64,000 bases of DNA from a virus (taxonomy: Duplodnaviria > Caudoviricetes). The first letter of the stretch is position 1. Each line of letters begins with the position of its first letter. The translations under genes were made by a program, and so were the position numbers. Of this stretch, positions 19,630-29,156 are shown piece by piece. Where the stretch lies: positions 1 through 64,000 of IMG/VR virus record IMGVR_UViG_2695421015_000001; one strand, given 5' to 3'. The notes beneath the pieces are model-generated. The model searched no databases. It saw nothing but the letters and a program-made list of their open reading frames with translations, and had not been told where the DNA came from.

Positions 19630-20709
19630 TTACTCTACGTCGTCGTACTCGGTCGGGTCGAACGTCGATCCGAACAGCTTGCCTGCGGCGTTGTAGAGGG
19701 TGTTGGTGTTATCCGCGGACTGGAACCCGAACCACTCCTGCAGGGCCTTGATGGCAGGCTTGGCGTTTTTCAGCGTCGACCGCAGATCATCCAGATCTCT
19801 GCCCAGCTTATCGGCGCGATCCTCCTCGCGCCGGAAGGCGTCGACGTAGGGCGTCAGCCGCTTGACCTCGGTCTCGGCCTCCTCGGCGCGCAGCATGGCA
19901 CCCAACTCCGGACAGCCCATGACGTCATCCGCGCGAGAGCATCCGGGGAAACCGCTATTGCACTTAAACAATTCCTCGGCGGGCAGCGAGCAATAGACGC
20001 AAGGATCTTTCGAGCGCGCCAGCGCGGCGCGCAGCCGGACGTTCTCGGCCTCTGTCTCCTGGCGAGCGTCCTTCAAACCGCGCGCGTAGCCCTTCTCCTC
20101 CTCGGATCGGAGCGCCCGATAGTGATCGGCGCCCAGCGCGTAGAACTCGCGGTAGCTGGCAGTATCTTCGCGGTGATATTGCTCCAGCTGCTCTTCCTGG
20201 CGGCGCACGATGCCCAGCAGGCCGCCTTCGAGGGCATTCAGCTTGCAGCCGGGGATCTCCATCTCGCTGATGCCGAAATGCTCGCGGGCGGCGGCCTCGT
20301 CGGTGAAGACCTCGTCGCAATGAAAGCAGCGCCACGGCATCACGGATAGGCCGGGCAGGGGCGAATGCTTCGGCTTCTGCGCCTGCTTGGCGCGGATGGC
20401 CTCGATCTTGGTCCAGACGCGGGCGAGTTCGGTCTCGCCAGCCGCGTCGACGTCCATATCGTTGGCGCTCGCCAGCGCGTGAAGGGTGACCAGCGTGCCG
20501 CCCAGTTCCTGCATCGGTTCGCCCACCGGGCGATCGAACACGTAGTAGACCAGCTGATACGCTTCGCTCGCCGTGCAGCCGAGCGACTGCACCAACTCCA
20601 GCGCCTCTTCAAGGAAGCGATGGTTGCGTTCGACGCGATCGCGGCAAACCTCCATCGAGAAGCACGCCCGCATCCATTCCCGAACTCGATTCTGATAGGT
20701 CGCTGTCAA
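19630..20709 (-). CDS. phage protein with MazG/NTP-PPase-like N-terminus and zinc-finger segments
   Basis: RFLEEALEL...QELGG; WRCFHCDEVF..AREHF; CVYC; TTG start inferred after GGAGAGG. Confidence 0.6.
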   Translation of the reverse strand: MTATYQNRVREWMRACFSMEVCRDRVERNHRFLEEALELVQSLGCTASEAYQLVYYVFDRPVGEPMQELGGTLVTLHALASANDMDVDAAGETELARVWTKIEAIRAKQAQKPKHSPLPGLSVMPWRCFHCDEVFTDEAAAREHFGISEMEIPGCKLNALEGGLLGIVRRQEEQLEQYHREDTASYREFYALGADHYRALRSEEEKGYARGLKDARQETEAENVRLRAALARSKDPCVYCSLPAEELFKCNSGFPGCSRADDVMGCPELGAMLRAEEAETEVKRLTPYVDAFRREEDRADKLGRDLDDLRSTLKNAKPAIKALQEWFGFQSADNTNTLYNAAGKLFGSTFDPTEYDDVE

Positions 20710-21119
20710 AATCCTCTCCACTTGTTGATAGGGCTCGACGCCTTGTTCTGCGGCGGTGCCTTTTGGAATCCTTGTCCCTTGATGGGCGATCGCTTCGACG
20801 GCTTGAGGCCATAGGCGGCTTTCAGCTTGCGGTCCGCGGTCGACATGATCTTGTTGTCGACCTTGTCCTTGCTCTTTTTGCAGACCGTGCAGCGCACCTG
20901 GCAGTTCTCGGCCGTCGGCTCGCCGCCGAGGCCGTCGGGGTCCATGTGCTCGTAGAAGGTGCCGCCGGGGCGCAGCTCGTTGCCGCAGCCCTCGCATTGC
21001 GGGACGCCGGGGATGTTGGCGACGCCCTCAACGCTGCATCCCTTGCAGCAGCGGCGGAATGCCGCCTTGCGGACGCTCTGCGGAAACTCAGTGCGCTCGT
21101 CACCGCGAAGGCTCGTCAC
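20706..21119 (-). CDS. HNH endonuclease-like protein
   Basis: CEGC...YEHMDPDGLGGEPTAENCQVRCTVC. Confidence 0.8.
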   Translation of the reverse strand: MTSLRGDERTEFPQSVRKAAFRRCCKGCSVEGVANIPGVPQCEGCGNELRPGGTFYEHMDPDGLGGEPTAENCQVRCTVCKKSKDKVDNKIMSTADRKLKAAYGLKPSKRSPIKGQGFQKAPPQNKASSPINKWRGF

Positions 21120-21322
21120 TGGCGCAGCTCCGCCACCTTGACCCCGCCGCCGACGAAGGCAAGGAAGCCGCCGTCGTAGCAGTAGAGGCCAGCCTCCTTG
21201 GCTATCTTGAAGGCGCGATACTTCGCTGCCGACGGCGTCGGAGCCTGAACCGTGACCGTGGAGCCAGCGCATTCGACCTTATAGTATTTGATGTCGAGCG
21301 AGAGTTGTTTGGCGCGCTTCAT
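21116..21322 (-). CDS. hypothetical phage protein
   Basis: Stop/start overlaps with both neighbours (MKRAKQLSLD...). Confidence 0.6.
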   Translation of the reverse strand: MKRAKQLSLDIKYYKVECAGSTVTVQAPTPSAAKYRAFKIAKEAGLYCYDGGFLAFVGGGVKVAELRQ

Positions 21323-21693
21323 TGCTTGAACTCCACGCCGTTCTGGACGCCCCATGCTTCGATGAAGGCCAGCAATTCGTTCATGTCCCTTGAGTTCATT
21401 TTCGATGAACGGCCCTCGTAGGGAATGAAGGTCGAGCCATCGAGGGAGGGCATGAACTCGACCTCCTGGCCGCAGGCATGCATCATCAGGACCTTCCATT
21501 GCTCCTTGGCGTAGAAGCGGCCTTGGTGCTGGTACTGCTCGGCGACCTCGCCGAGCATCGCCCACATCTTTTTGCGCTGGTCGTCGGTGGCGGGCTCGTA
21601 TCGCATCTCGACCATCGTGCCGATCTTCGCCTCGTCGATCATGCGATGGAGGAAGGCACGGTCGCTGTCGTTGGTGATGAGGATGCCGGTCAC
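21319..21693 (-). CDS. ninB: NinB-family recombination protein
   Basis: TDDQRKKMWAMLGEVAEQ...EQWK...SSKMNSRDMNELLAFIEAWG..NGV. Confidence 0.85.
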   Translation of the reverse strand: MTGILITNDSDRAFLHRMIDEAKIGTMVEMRYEPATDDQRKKMWAMLGEVAEQYQHQGRFYAKEQWKVLMMHACGQEVEFMPSLDGSTFIPYEGRSSKMNSRDMNELLAFIEAWGVQNGVEFKQ

Positions 21694-22001
21694 ACAAGCA
21701 CCCATCGATCGCCGTCCAGCTTGATACGGCAGAAGTGACCGGAGACCAGCTCGCCGCTGCTGACGGGCCTGCCGTCTTGGTGGTAGACCGGAAGGCCGTT
21801 CAGGGTAGTCGGGCCGAAGTTGATGTCGTGACGCAATGGAACGATGCCGGGATAGCGGCTGGTGAACTTGAAGAGCGGCTCCGGCAGCGGCTCCATCACC
21901 TTGACCGGCATCAGGCTTGACGCCCGCGCGATCGCGGGCGCCGCGATCAGGCCGGCGAGAACCTTGAGGACTGAGCGGCGAGGGAGGATCAGACTGCTCA
22001 C
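21690..22001 (-). CDS. hypothetical protein with twin-arginine-like N-terminus
   Basis: PRRSVLKVLAGLIAAPAIARA; coupled to neighbours. Confidence 0.6.
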   Translation of the reverse strand: MSSLILPRRSVLKVLAGLIAAPAIARASSLMPVKVMEPLPEPLFKFTSRYPGIVPLRHDINFGPTTLNGLPVYHQDGRPVSSGELVSGHFCRIKLDGDRWVLV

Positions 22002-22198
22002 AGCGTCACCTCCGTCTCATCGATCATCTGCAGCATGCCGTCGACCCTATCGAGCAGGCCTGCGGCCAAAAGATCCTTCGGAGCGGCTTGCAGGTCGCGC
22101 CGCGCGAATTGCAGCGCCACCCGCAAGGCGCCTGACTCCGTCTGGGTCAGACGCTTGCCGTTGATCGTGATCTCGGCTTCATTCAGCTGGCGCGGCAC
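21998..22198 (-). CDS. hypothetical phage protein
   Basis: 66 aa, operon context. Confidence 0.6.
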   Translation of the reverse strand: MPRQLNEAEITINGKRLTQTESGALRVALQFARRDLQAAPKDLLAAGLLDRVDGMLQMIDETEVTL

Positions 22199-22207
22199 GG
22201 GGTCATC

Positions 22208-22813
22208 TCAGCAGCTGCAGGAGAAGTATTCCGGGCGCTCCGTCACCTTGAACCCGGTGAGGGCCTCAAGATGGTCCCAGAACTCCGAAGGGATCTCACC
22301 ATGCGCATCAGTGCCGTAGACGCCGAAGTGGCCGTCTTCGATTGAGATGCTGTAGTAGCTGTCCTCCTCATCCGCCCATGCGCCGCCGTTGAGCGCGGCT
22401 TTAATCAGATTGTCGTAAGAAGGGCCGTCACTGTTTTCGCAGAAGTTGCGCAGCCATGCTTCGGAGGCGGCCTTCTTGTCGGCGACGGCCTTGGCCACGT
22501 CTACATCGAACGCCGGATGCTTCCACAGGTGCTTCAGGCCGGTGACCGTGTTCGGGTACAGGAACATCCAGAACATGCCGCCTGACCCAATCGGCGACCT
22601 CAGAAACGGGTCAGCGATACCGATCATCCGCTCGGCCGGCACCTTGGCTGACACAATGCCGCGCTCGGCATTGCCATCGACAAACCCGATGTGCTGGCCA
22701 GGATAGATCGTCTCAAAGCAGTACACTGGCGCGACCGCGACATGGATCGCGTCTCGATCCGTCGGTCCTTGCAGCAGCCTGCCGATGGTCTGCTGTGTTT
22801 CTTCCTTACTCAT
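22208..22813 (-). CDS. hypothetical phage protein
   Basis: 201 aa; RDAIHVAV..GIADPFL..FLYPNTVT..HLWKHPAF; ends YFSCSC. Confidence 0.8.
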   Translation of the reverse strand: MSKEETQQTIGRLLQGPTDRDAIHVAVAPVYCFETIYPGQHIGFVDGNAERGIVSAKVPAERMIGIADPFLRSPIGSGGMFWMFLYPNTVTGLKHLWKHPAFDVDVAKAVADKKAASEAWLRNFCENSDGPSYDNLIKAALNGGAWADEEDSYYSISIEDGHFGVYGTDAHGEIPSEFWDHLEALTGFKVTERPEYFSCSC

Positions 22814-23130
22814 GCTGCACCTCGCATCGCCCGCTCCGCTTCGGTCGCAACCCGCCAGCGGTGCGCCGACATGCCGGAAGCGTTGACGCCGCGGCCGTCG
22901 TTGACGATCAGACCCTCCTTGCGAAGCTCAGACACGCGCGGGCGCATGGACACGATGGTCTCCCCCAAGGCCTCCGCGATCTGGTCGGCGGTCCTGCCGG
23001 GGTTTCTACTGATGTAGCTGTAGGCCCTAGCGCGCAGCACCACGGCGCGCGATTCGAACTCTTCAGCCGCGTCTTTCGACGTGTCGTTCTCTTTGTACCC
23101 GAGTCCCTTCGGGTAGGGCTTCTTAGCCAT
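22810..23130 (-). CDS. winged-helix DNA-binding protein
   Basis: TADQIAEALGETIVSMRPRVSELRKEGLI; leader hairpin plus RBS. Confidence 0.75.
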   Translation of the reverse strand: MAKKPYPKGLGYKENDTSKDAAEEFESRAVVLRARAYSYISRNPGRTADQIAEALGETIVSMRPRVSELRKEGLIVNDGRGVNASGMSAHRWRVATEAERAMRGAA

Positions 23131-23174
23131 AGTCTTGGTCTCCTTGGTGGATGCCGTCTGCGAAACGGCGGTTG

Positions 23175-23345
23175 TTAAGAATGGCGTCCTTCGTAACGTG
23201 CGACACAGATCAAGATGGCCAGCAGCACGGCGTTCGCGGCGAGGATCTTCAGGTTGGTGGCAGTCGACAGCGCGGTGAAGGCGGTAAGCAGGACAGACAG
23301 CACTGCCAGCCAGGTCGACAAACATGCGAGAAACGCGAGCTTCAT
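23175..23345 (-). CDS. small membrane protein
   Basis: Two hydrophobic stretches; RBS GGAGAC. Confidence 0.55.
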   Translation of the reverse strand: MKLAFLACLSTWLAVLSVLLTAFTALSTATNLKILAANAVLLAILICVARYEGRHS

Positions 23346-23397
23346 CTTTAGTCTCCGAGAATTGGTTGGGAGGCTTTGCCGCGCCTCCCGGTGCGGG

Positions 23398-23802
23398 TTA
23401 TTTGAATGTGAGCTTTGTGCTAGCGTCCCAATTGCCGTCGCCACGGTCCAGAACGCCAACAAAGTCTCCGTCGTCGGTGTGCGCGACGATCGACCCTTTT
23501 GTTTTGCAATAGCCGTCGAACTTGTTGGCATCCATGATCGCGACGGACGGACCCGCCGGAATCGTGAAATCGTTCTGATGCTTCCAGCTTCCGATGCCGA
23601 GCATCGTCCAGCTGTCGCATGTGATCGATGTGATCTCCGACGGCAGGTAGCTGAGGACAACAACCCACTGCGTTCCGGACAGATGATCCAGCCGGGTCTT
23701 GATCTGGAACGGCTTGTTCGGAGCGGGGGTCTGAGCGGCGGCCGGGGCCATCCACCCGATTGCTGCGGCCACAGCGGCGGCAATCAAAAACATACGCTTC
23801 AT
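23398..23802 (-). CDS. secreted hypothetical protein
   Basis: Signal peptide MKRMFLIAAAVAAAIGWMAPAAA; RBS AAGGAGACC. Confidence 0.75.
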   Translation of the reverse strand: MKRMFLIAAAVAAAIGWMAPAAAQTPAPNKPFQIKTRLDHLSGTQWVVVLSYLPSEITSITCDSWTMLGIGSWKHQNDFTIPAGPSVAIMDANKFDGYCKTKGSIVAHTDDGDFVGVLDRGDGNWDASTKLTFK

Positions 23803-23862
23803 AGTTTGGGTCTCCTTTGAATGCCGGTAACCGACCGGCGCGGTGTTGAGACGCCGACGTCG

Positions 23863-24360
23863 TCAAAAAGGAATATCGTCGTCCATGTCGTTGTTGGCGA
23901 AGCTCGACTGGCGTGAGCCTGCCCCCGACGACTGGCGAGTGCCGCTACCGAAGTCGCCGCCGCCGTCGTCATCCGAGCGGCGATTGCCGCCGCCATTGCC
24001 GCCGCCATTGCCGTCGCTGAGCATGGTGAGCGTCGAGTTGAAGCCTTGCAGGATGACCTCGGTCGAATATTTTTCGACGCCGCTCTGGTCGGTCCATTTG
24101 CGCGTCTGCAACGCGCCCTGGACGTAAACCTTGGAGCCCTTCTTGAGGTACTTCTCGGCGATCCCCGCCAGACCCTCGTTAAAAATTACGACGCGATGCC
24201 ACTCGGTCTTTTCCTTGCGCTCGCCGGTCTGCTTGTCGCGCCAACTCTCCGACGTTGCGATCGACAGGTTGGCAATCGGCTTGCCGCCTTGCGTGCGACG
24301 GATCTCCGGGTCTTTGCCCAGATTGCCGATCAACTGCACCATGTTCAAACTTCCAGCCAC
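23863..24360 (-). CDS. ssb: single-stranded DNA-binding protein
   Basis: [17 protein letters not shown]...TEWHRVV...Gly-rich linker, ends DDDIPF. Confidence 0.97.
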   Translation of the reverse strand: MAGSLNMVQLIGNLGKDPEIRRTQGGKPIANLSIATSESWRDKQTGERKEKTEWHRVVIFNEGLAGIAEKYLKKGSKVYVQGALQTRKWTDQSGVEKYSTEVILQGFNSTLTMLSDGNGGGNGGGNRRSDDDGGGDFGSGTRQSSGAGSRQSSFANNDMDDDIPF

Positions 24361-24609
24361 AATGGTCTCCTTGCTTCTCGGACCTGCGAAGTCCGTTTCC
24401 AAAAATAATCCCCGGCCTTACGAGCACCCGGAGTTGCCGCCAAACCGTCCCCGTGCGCCCGGGTGCGGGAGTGAATTGTGCGCGCGATGACAACCTTGGC
24501 CGGTGAAAGCAATCCCTCCCCGAGGGGAGACGAAATGGGGCCCGGAGGTCATCTTCCCGTTGTTCGAGCCGCGCGCTGCCCGTCGTTGCGTCTGCCCCAC
24601 TTCGGATTG

Positions 24610-25854
24610 TTAAGACTTCTTCTTCAACTCAGCGACCTTGGCCTTGACGGCCGTCTCCAGCCTGTCGCGCGTCTCCGGCGAGACGTTCGCCTTGTTGCGC
24701 ATGTTCTTCTCGCGCGCCCAGCGCGCGCGAGGCTCTTCCGGATCGATCTGCTCCGCGATCCACTTCGTGGCGTAGGCGTCGTACTCGGCATCGTTCGCAG
24801 GATCTTTCGGTCCATTGGTAGTGGAGGGCGCCGAGGCGTTGCTGGGTACGTTTCCGCCGTCTCCCTTCTCGGCGCCCTCCGTCGCGCCTGCCGTGGCGTG
24901 GGGGCCAGTCTCGGCAGGTTGCGATCCTTGCGCCTGCTGCTTGTCGGCAGCGGGCGCGTTTGTCTTGGTCTCGGCGTCGTCCGTGGCGGCGGCGCCTTCG
25001 GTCGTGGTGCTGGCGAAATTGTTGAGCACTTCTCCAGTCTCGCTGTCGGTCTTCGTCTCCTTCGGCGGGAAGGTCTCGTCGGCGGTCGCCATGCCATCGT
25101 TGATGGCCTGCAACTCGGCGATGGTCTTGGCGACGTCGGTGGCAAGCCAGCTTGCCAGCGGGCGACCGCGCACTGCTTCGACACGGCTGATATCGATATT
25201 CAGCTCCTTGAGACGCTCGGCGACCTTTTCCTTGTAGAAGGGCAACTTCTTGCCGACCTTCTCGATGATGGCATCTTTGGCCTCCTGCCAAGCGAAGGTC
25301 GTGTAGAGTTCGAGCGCGTTGGTGATGACGTTGCGGATGGCCTTCGACGTCCCGATCTGGAACGCTATATCCTCCTGGCGACCGGAGTCGCCCCTGACGG
25401 ACCCCTGATTTTTGCGCTGCTGGAACGGGCGCGTCAGCGAGTAGCCAGTTTCGAGGTCCATGAAGCGGGCGTGGAATACCCAGTGGCTGCCGACGTCCAG
25501 CACCCGGCAGTCAACATCGCAGTTGCCGAACAGGCGCGAGACCGAGTTGGCACACTTGATCGTGGGCCCCTCGATGTAGTCAGTGCCCCACGTCTCCTTG
25601 CCGGTTTCAGGGTCCTTGATCTTCGCGCGGACGGGAAAGCGGTAGTAGAAATTCTCGCCGGCTGCGGCTGCTTCAATCCTGATCTGCTTGAAGATATTTT
25701 CGGGGTCGCGTTTGATCTTCATCGGCTGCGCGCCGAACACGCGGTCGGCGGGCATCGTGCTGGCGGCAGCGACGGGCAGGTTGTTGGCGACGGGGCTAGT
25801 GCCCGCGAACGCCTCCAAATCGGCCACGCGACTCCGTTGATCGACAAAATTCAT
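24610..25854 (-). CDS. putative recombination (strand-annealing) protein
   Basis: Lies between YqaJ and ssb; YYRFP..IEGPTI..FGN..SKAIRN; DSETGEV tail motif; function inferred from position. Confidence 0.6.
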   Translation of the reverse strand: MNFVDQRSRVADLEAFAGTSPVANNLPVAAASTMPADRVFGAQPMKIKRDPENIFKQIRIEAAAAGENFYYRFPVRAKIKDPETGKETWGTDYIEGPTIKCANSVSRLFGNCDVDCRVLDVGSHWVFHARFMDLETGYSLTRPFQQRKNQGSVRGDSGRQEDIAFQIGTSKAIRNVITNALELYTTFAWQEAKDAIIEKVGKKLPFYKEKVAERLKELNIDISRVEAVRGRPLASWLATDVAKTIAELQAINDGMATADETFPPKETKTDSETGEVLNNFASTTTEGAAATDDAETKTNAPAADKQQAQGSQPAETGPHATAGATEGAEKGDGGNVPSNASAPSTTNGPKDPANDAEYDAYATKWIAEQIDPEEPRARWAREKNMRNKANVSPETRDRLETAVKAKVAELKKKS

Positions 25855-25898
25855 TTTTGGTCTCCTTGTGATCCGAGCCTGCGAAGCCCGGCTGTTGT

Positions 25899-26762
25899 TC
25901 AGGTCATTAGCGGCTTGGTGTCGGAATAGATGCGAACGCCCTTGAGCGGGCGGTCACCCTTGTGTGTCCGCACATAGCGGCCGATGGCCGCCGCGATATC
26001 GGTGGCGGGAATGCAGGAGCGCAGCACCGGGTCCGAGAGATCGACATCGTCGACATTGATGATCTCGAACTTCCAGACCTCGGTGAGCGTGGACAGACCA
26101 GTTCCGGTCCGCGTCCTCGCCAGATCGGCAGGCTTGGCCGTGGCGGCCTGCTGAGCCTTCATGGCGTCGGCGCTTTTCTGGATCGCCGTCGTGCGCAGCG
26201 TGGTTTCTTCGATGCGCGCGGCGGACGCGCGATCGTCGTATCCAGCCGTCGGGGGCGCATCTCCCACGAAGGTCTCGGCGAGGCGGGTCTGTTCGGCCTC
26301 GACGCGCTCCTGTTCGGCCAGGCGCGCGGCTTCCGCGGCGACACGTGCAGCTTCCGCCGTCGCGCGGGCCTCCTCCTCGCGTCGGGCGCGCTCCTCCGCT
26401 TCCACCTTTTTCAGGAAACGGTGGGCGCGCCCCTCAACATCGGTCTGCCATCCTTCGAGAATGGATTTGAGGGTGTTGAAGTGCGAGTCGGTGATGCGAC
26501 AGGCGTCAAGATATGGTTCTTTGGCCTCGACCCTGACAGCCTCAACCCGCTTGTAGCCGCCCGCAAACCGCTTCACGGCCGAGCGCATGATCTCCAGGTC
26601 TTCCGTGTCCTCGCAGACCGGCGGGCAGGCGTTGTATAGCTTCTTGATCTCGGCGACCGCCGTATCGAGATAGGCAAAGTCGCGCTTGAGCATGTCGGCG
26701 GTCAGCACCGCAGGCCGGTTGTGACCTGCGCTTGCTTCCGCAGCGGTGAGGGGCTTGTTCAT
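25899..26762 (-). CDS. coiled-coil phage protein of the recombination module
   Basis: R..AKEPYL...long E/R/A coil...WKFEI...LKGVRIY. Confidence 0.75.
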   Translation of the reverse strand: MNKPLTAAEASAGHNRPAVLTADMLKRDFAYLDTAVAEIKKLYNACPPVCEDTEDLEIMRSAVKRFAGGYKRVEAVRVEAKEPYLDACRITDSHFNTLKSILEGWQTDVEGRAHRFLKKVEAEERARREEEARATAEAARVAAEAARLAEQERVEAEQTRLAETFVGDAPPTAGYDDRASAARIEETTLRTTAIQKSADAMKAQQAATAKPADLARTRTGTGLSTLTEVWKFEIINVDDVDLSDPVLRSCIPATDIAAAIGRYVRTHKGDRPLKGVRIYSDTKPLMT

Positions 26763-27787
26763 CGCACCTTCACCTCACGGATGGAGCGGAACGAATAGGC
26801 CGCGCGAAACGCTTCCTTGACGTTGGTGACCTTGCAGGAAATTTTCCGGCCGCCGGCAATCAGCGCGAAGCTGCTATCGCCGAGCTTGAACATGATCTCG
26901 GTCGAGATGGCATCGCGCCGCTTCTCGCGGACGGTGATTTCCTCGCCGAGCCGCTTGCGCTCGTCGATCAGCGTCGGCAGCAGGTTGTCGCTCGACAGAT
27001 CGAGCGTGGCACCGTTCTCGGCGGGGAAGAGCTTGCGCACCACATCGTGGTCCTTGGTCGGATCGACCGCAGGCTGAATGCCCGCATCGAAGCCAGCCCA
27101 GAACTGCCGGACGGTGGCGAGGATCTTCTGCTCGGCATCGGCGTGACGCGCGACCGGGATCAGGTGGAGTTCGGCCGTGAAACTGTCCACCACAAGCGCT
27201 GCCAGCACCGGGTGAATTTCCTCGCCGTTGAATGCGGCCTCGGCCAGCATCGTCTCCGACAGGGTTTGCAGCTGATAGCCGAGCGGCACGGTGGGGGCGG
27301 TGCCCTCGCGGTCGCCGCCGAGCCAGTCGGCAATGAACACCGGCTTCGCAACGACCTTGCCCTGGATCAGGACCAAACCCTTGCGAGCAGGGTCGATGGC
27401 GAGCGCATCCGGCGTGGCGCCGAAGCGCAGCGCTGGCGCGCGCAAATAGACCTTGGCCGCACGCAGCTGCCATTCGGGACGCTCGTCGGTGATGGCCTCC
27501 CAGATAGCTTTTTCAAACCACCGTCCCCGACGGAGGATGGGGCTGTCACCGTTCGGCGGGATATGGCCCTTTTTCTCGGCCCAAACCGCCATCGCGCTGC
27601 GATATCCGACGCCGCAAACCGAGGCGACGTCGGAGGCAGTGAGGTCGGCGGCGCGCATGCGCAGCCACGACGCGCGGTCGGTAACCGGATGACGCTCGAC
27701 GGTTCCGAGCGTGATTTTCTCGACGACGGGGGCGGTGATGGAACTAAGCGAACGAAAGGTGCCTACTTCAGGCTCAACTGTAATCAT
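26759..27787 (-). CDS. YqaJ-like viral recombinase/exonuclease
   Basis: WLRMR..LTASDVA..G..WAEK..RGRWFE..ATPD..YQLQ. Confidence 0.88.
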   Translation of the reverse strand: MITVEPEVGTFRSLSSITAPVVEKITLGTVERHPVTDRASWLRMRAADLTASDVASVCGVGYRSAMAVWAEKKGHIPPNGDSPILRRGRWFEKAIWEAITDERPEWQLRAAKVYLRAPALRFGATPDALAIDPARKGLVLIQGKVVAKPVFIADWLGGDREGTAPTVPLGYQLQTLSETMLAEAAFNGEEIHPVLAALVVDSFTAELHLIPVARHADAEQKILATVRQFWAGFDAGIQPAVDPTKDHDVVRKLFPAENGATLDLSSDNLLPTLIDERKRLGEEITVREKRRDAISTEIMFKLGDSSFALIAGGRKISCKVTNVKEAFRAAYSFRSIREVKVR

Positions 27788-27899
27788 GCAAGACGCTCCT
27801 GACCCTGTGTCGAGATGAGCGGGCGCCTGCGAAGCGCCCGCGCAATGCTCGATCAATGGGGTTCACTGTTGGTGGTGGACGACTGGGGTGGTCTCAGTG

Positions 27900-27933
27900 C
27901 CCGGAGAAATGCACCTATTCAGTGCAGTCGTCA
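27900..27933 (-). promoter_or_regulatory. leftward early promoter (PL-like) with repressor operator
   Basis: Minus strand TTGACG-AC-TGCACTGAATAGGTGCA-TTTC; operator at 27910-27926. Confidence 0.75.
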
Positions 27934-28044
27934 AGAGTGTCTTGCACGGGAAATGATTTTTTTTGGTGCAATCTCTCTCGCGCATGTGTGCGCGTAGTGC
28001 AACAGTAATTTTTTGAATCTGTTGAAAGGAGGTCTATCGGAATA

Positions 28045-28184
28045 AGTAGTTATATTAGGGGGGCCTTAAGGCCCCCTAATAACTACTGTTTATATATACC
28101 TTCTTTAAGTAATAACCAATTGCAAGTTGCATGCCAAAGCATCGATGTCCCAAATGTCCCGTCGATGTCCCATAGCGATGTCCC
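28045..28184. other. candidate prophage replication origin
   Basis: 43-bp near-palindrome, AT-rich tract, and four ATGTCCC repeats at 28144-28184. Confidence 0.45.
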
Positions 28185-28235
28185 ACCCGATTCCGCGCAG
28201 GGAACCGGGTGCAAAACGCCAGCCGGCGAATCGAT

Positions 28236-28925
28236 TTATTCTTCGAAGGGAGGAAGATCCTGGCCGGGCGGCTCGAATCTAAGAACCTCGCAGACCCAGT
28301 CGATCTCGACGTCGTAGACGGTCTGCTTGTGAAGTGATTCGAGGTGGTGGAAGCCGCGGCGGGCGCTGGGGACGACCCTGCGCCACCACGTCTCCCCATT
28401 CAGAACGTGGGCCAGGAATTTGGTATTCTGCTCTTGCCGCTCAAGCATGCCTTGGGTGACGTGCTCGCGCGCGTCGTCGTCGTACAGGATCATCCACCCC
28501 TCGAAGCCGGGCATAGAATCCTTGCCCAGTTCAAGCGCCCGCAGGCCGGGGCTTGCGTCCGCCAAGCCGATTCGCCGCTGCGGCGATTCGGTGAAGTTGA
28601 CCCGCATCTCGCTGTCGATCACCCCTACGACGGGGACCGGCTTCACGGCCCAGCTGTAGCTGTCGGGGGCGTTGCTGAAACCGAGGAACTTGGCGGGGAC
28701 GCGAAGCACTTCGCCGATCCGGTCGGCCCATTCCGGCGTGAGTTTCATCTTGCCGGTCTCGAGCTTCTGGATGGTCTGGTGCTTGGTGTCGAGCGCCTTG
28801 GCCACCTCCTGCAGCGTCCAATCCTTTTTCTCGCGATAGAATCGCAAAGAGTTGCCGCTCGGCCATTTACGGTTCCGTTGGCTCGGATTGTGTGACTCCA
28901 TGGGCCTCTGCACTACGGTATCCAT
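28236..28925 (-). CDS. XRE/CI-like phage repressor
   Basis: LRFYREKKDWTLQEVAKALDTKHQTIQKLETG HTH; VPVVG linker; divergent from a Cro-like gene. Confidence 0.88.
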   Translation of the reverse strand: MDTVVQRPMESHNPSQRNRKWPSGNSLRFYREKKDWTLQEVAKALDTKHQTIQKLETGKMKLTPEWADRIGEVLRVPAKFLGFSNAPDSYSWAVKPVPVVGVIDSEMRVNFTESPQRRIGLADASPGLRALELGKDSMPGFEGWMILYDDDAREHVTQGMLERQEQNTKFLAHVLNGETWWRRVVPSARRGFHHLESLHKQTVYDVEIDWVCEVLRFEPPGQDLPPFEE

Positions 28926-29028
28926 ATCGCGGGAACCTTTAATCGCGAACGTGACGGCACTTGTTTAAAACGCTGTCTGGTCAATTAAATTCTAGTTGCG
29001 GCTGTTCATTTTTGGGTGACGTCAACAG

Positions 29029-29110
29029 GTACCAAATCGGTGCATGGGAGTCACTTTTAGAAATCGGTGCACAGGACGGCTTGACAATGCACTGAACCGG
29101 TGCAATTTAG
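29029..29110 (+). promoter_or_regulatory. rightward early promoter (PR-like) with operators
   Basis: TTGACA (29081)-A-TGCACTGAACCGGTGCA (29088-29104); extra AATCGGTGCA half-sites at 29035 and 29062. Confidence 0.8.
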
Positions 29111-29156
29111 GTCCCGCGTATCCGCCATCTCCCATCGAAGAAGCACCCGAGGGGTC

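Noticed and set aside
24478-25929. Long plus-strand ORFs opposite the leftward genes (also 40940-42076, 44270-45340, 47380-48318)
   Set aside because: Antisense shadows of high-GC genes; no RBS or motifs, whereas the minus-strand ORFs have leader modules and recognisable domains.
28045-28087. Palindrome as a protelomerase (telRL-like) site
   Set aside because: The palindrome is imperfect, no protelomerase is seen, and the element has an integrase at a tRNA.
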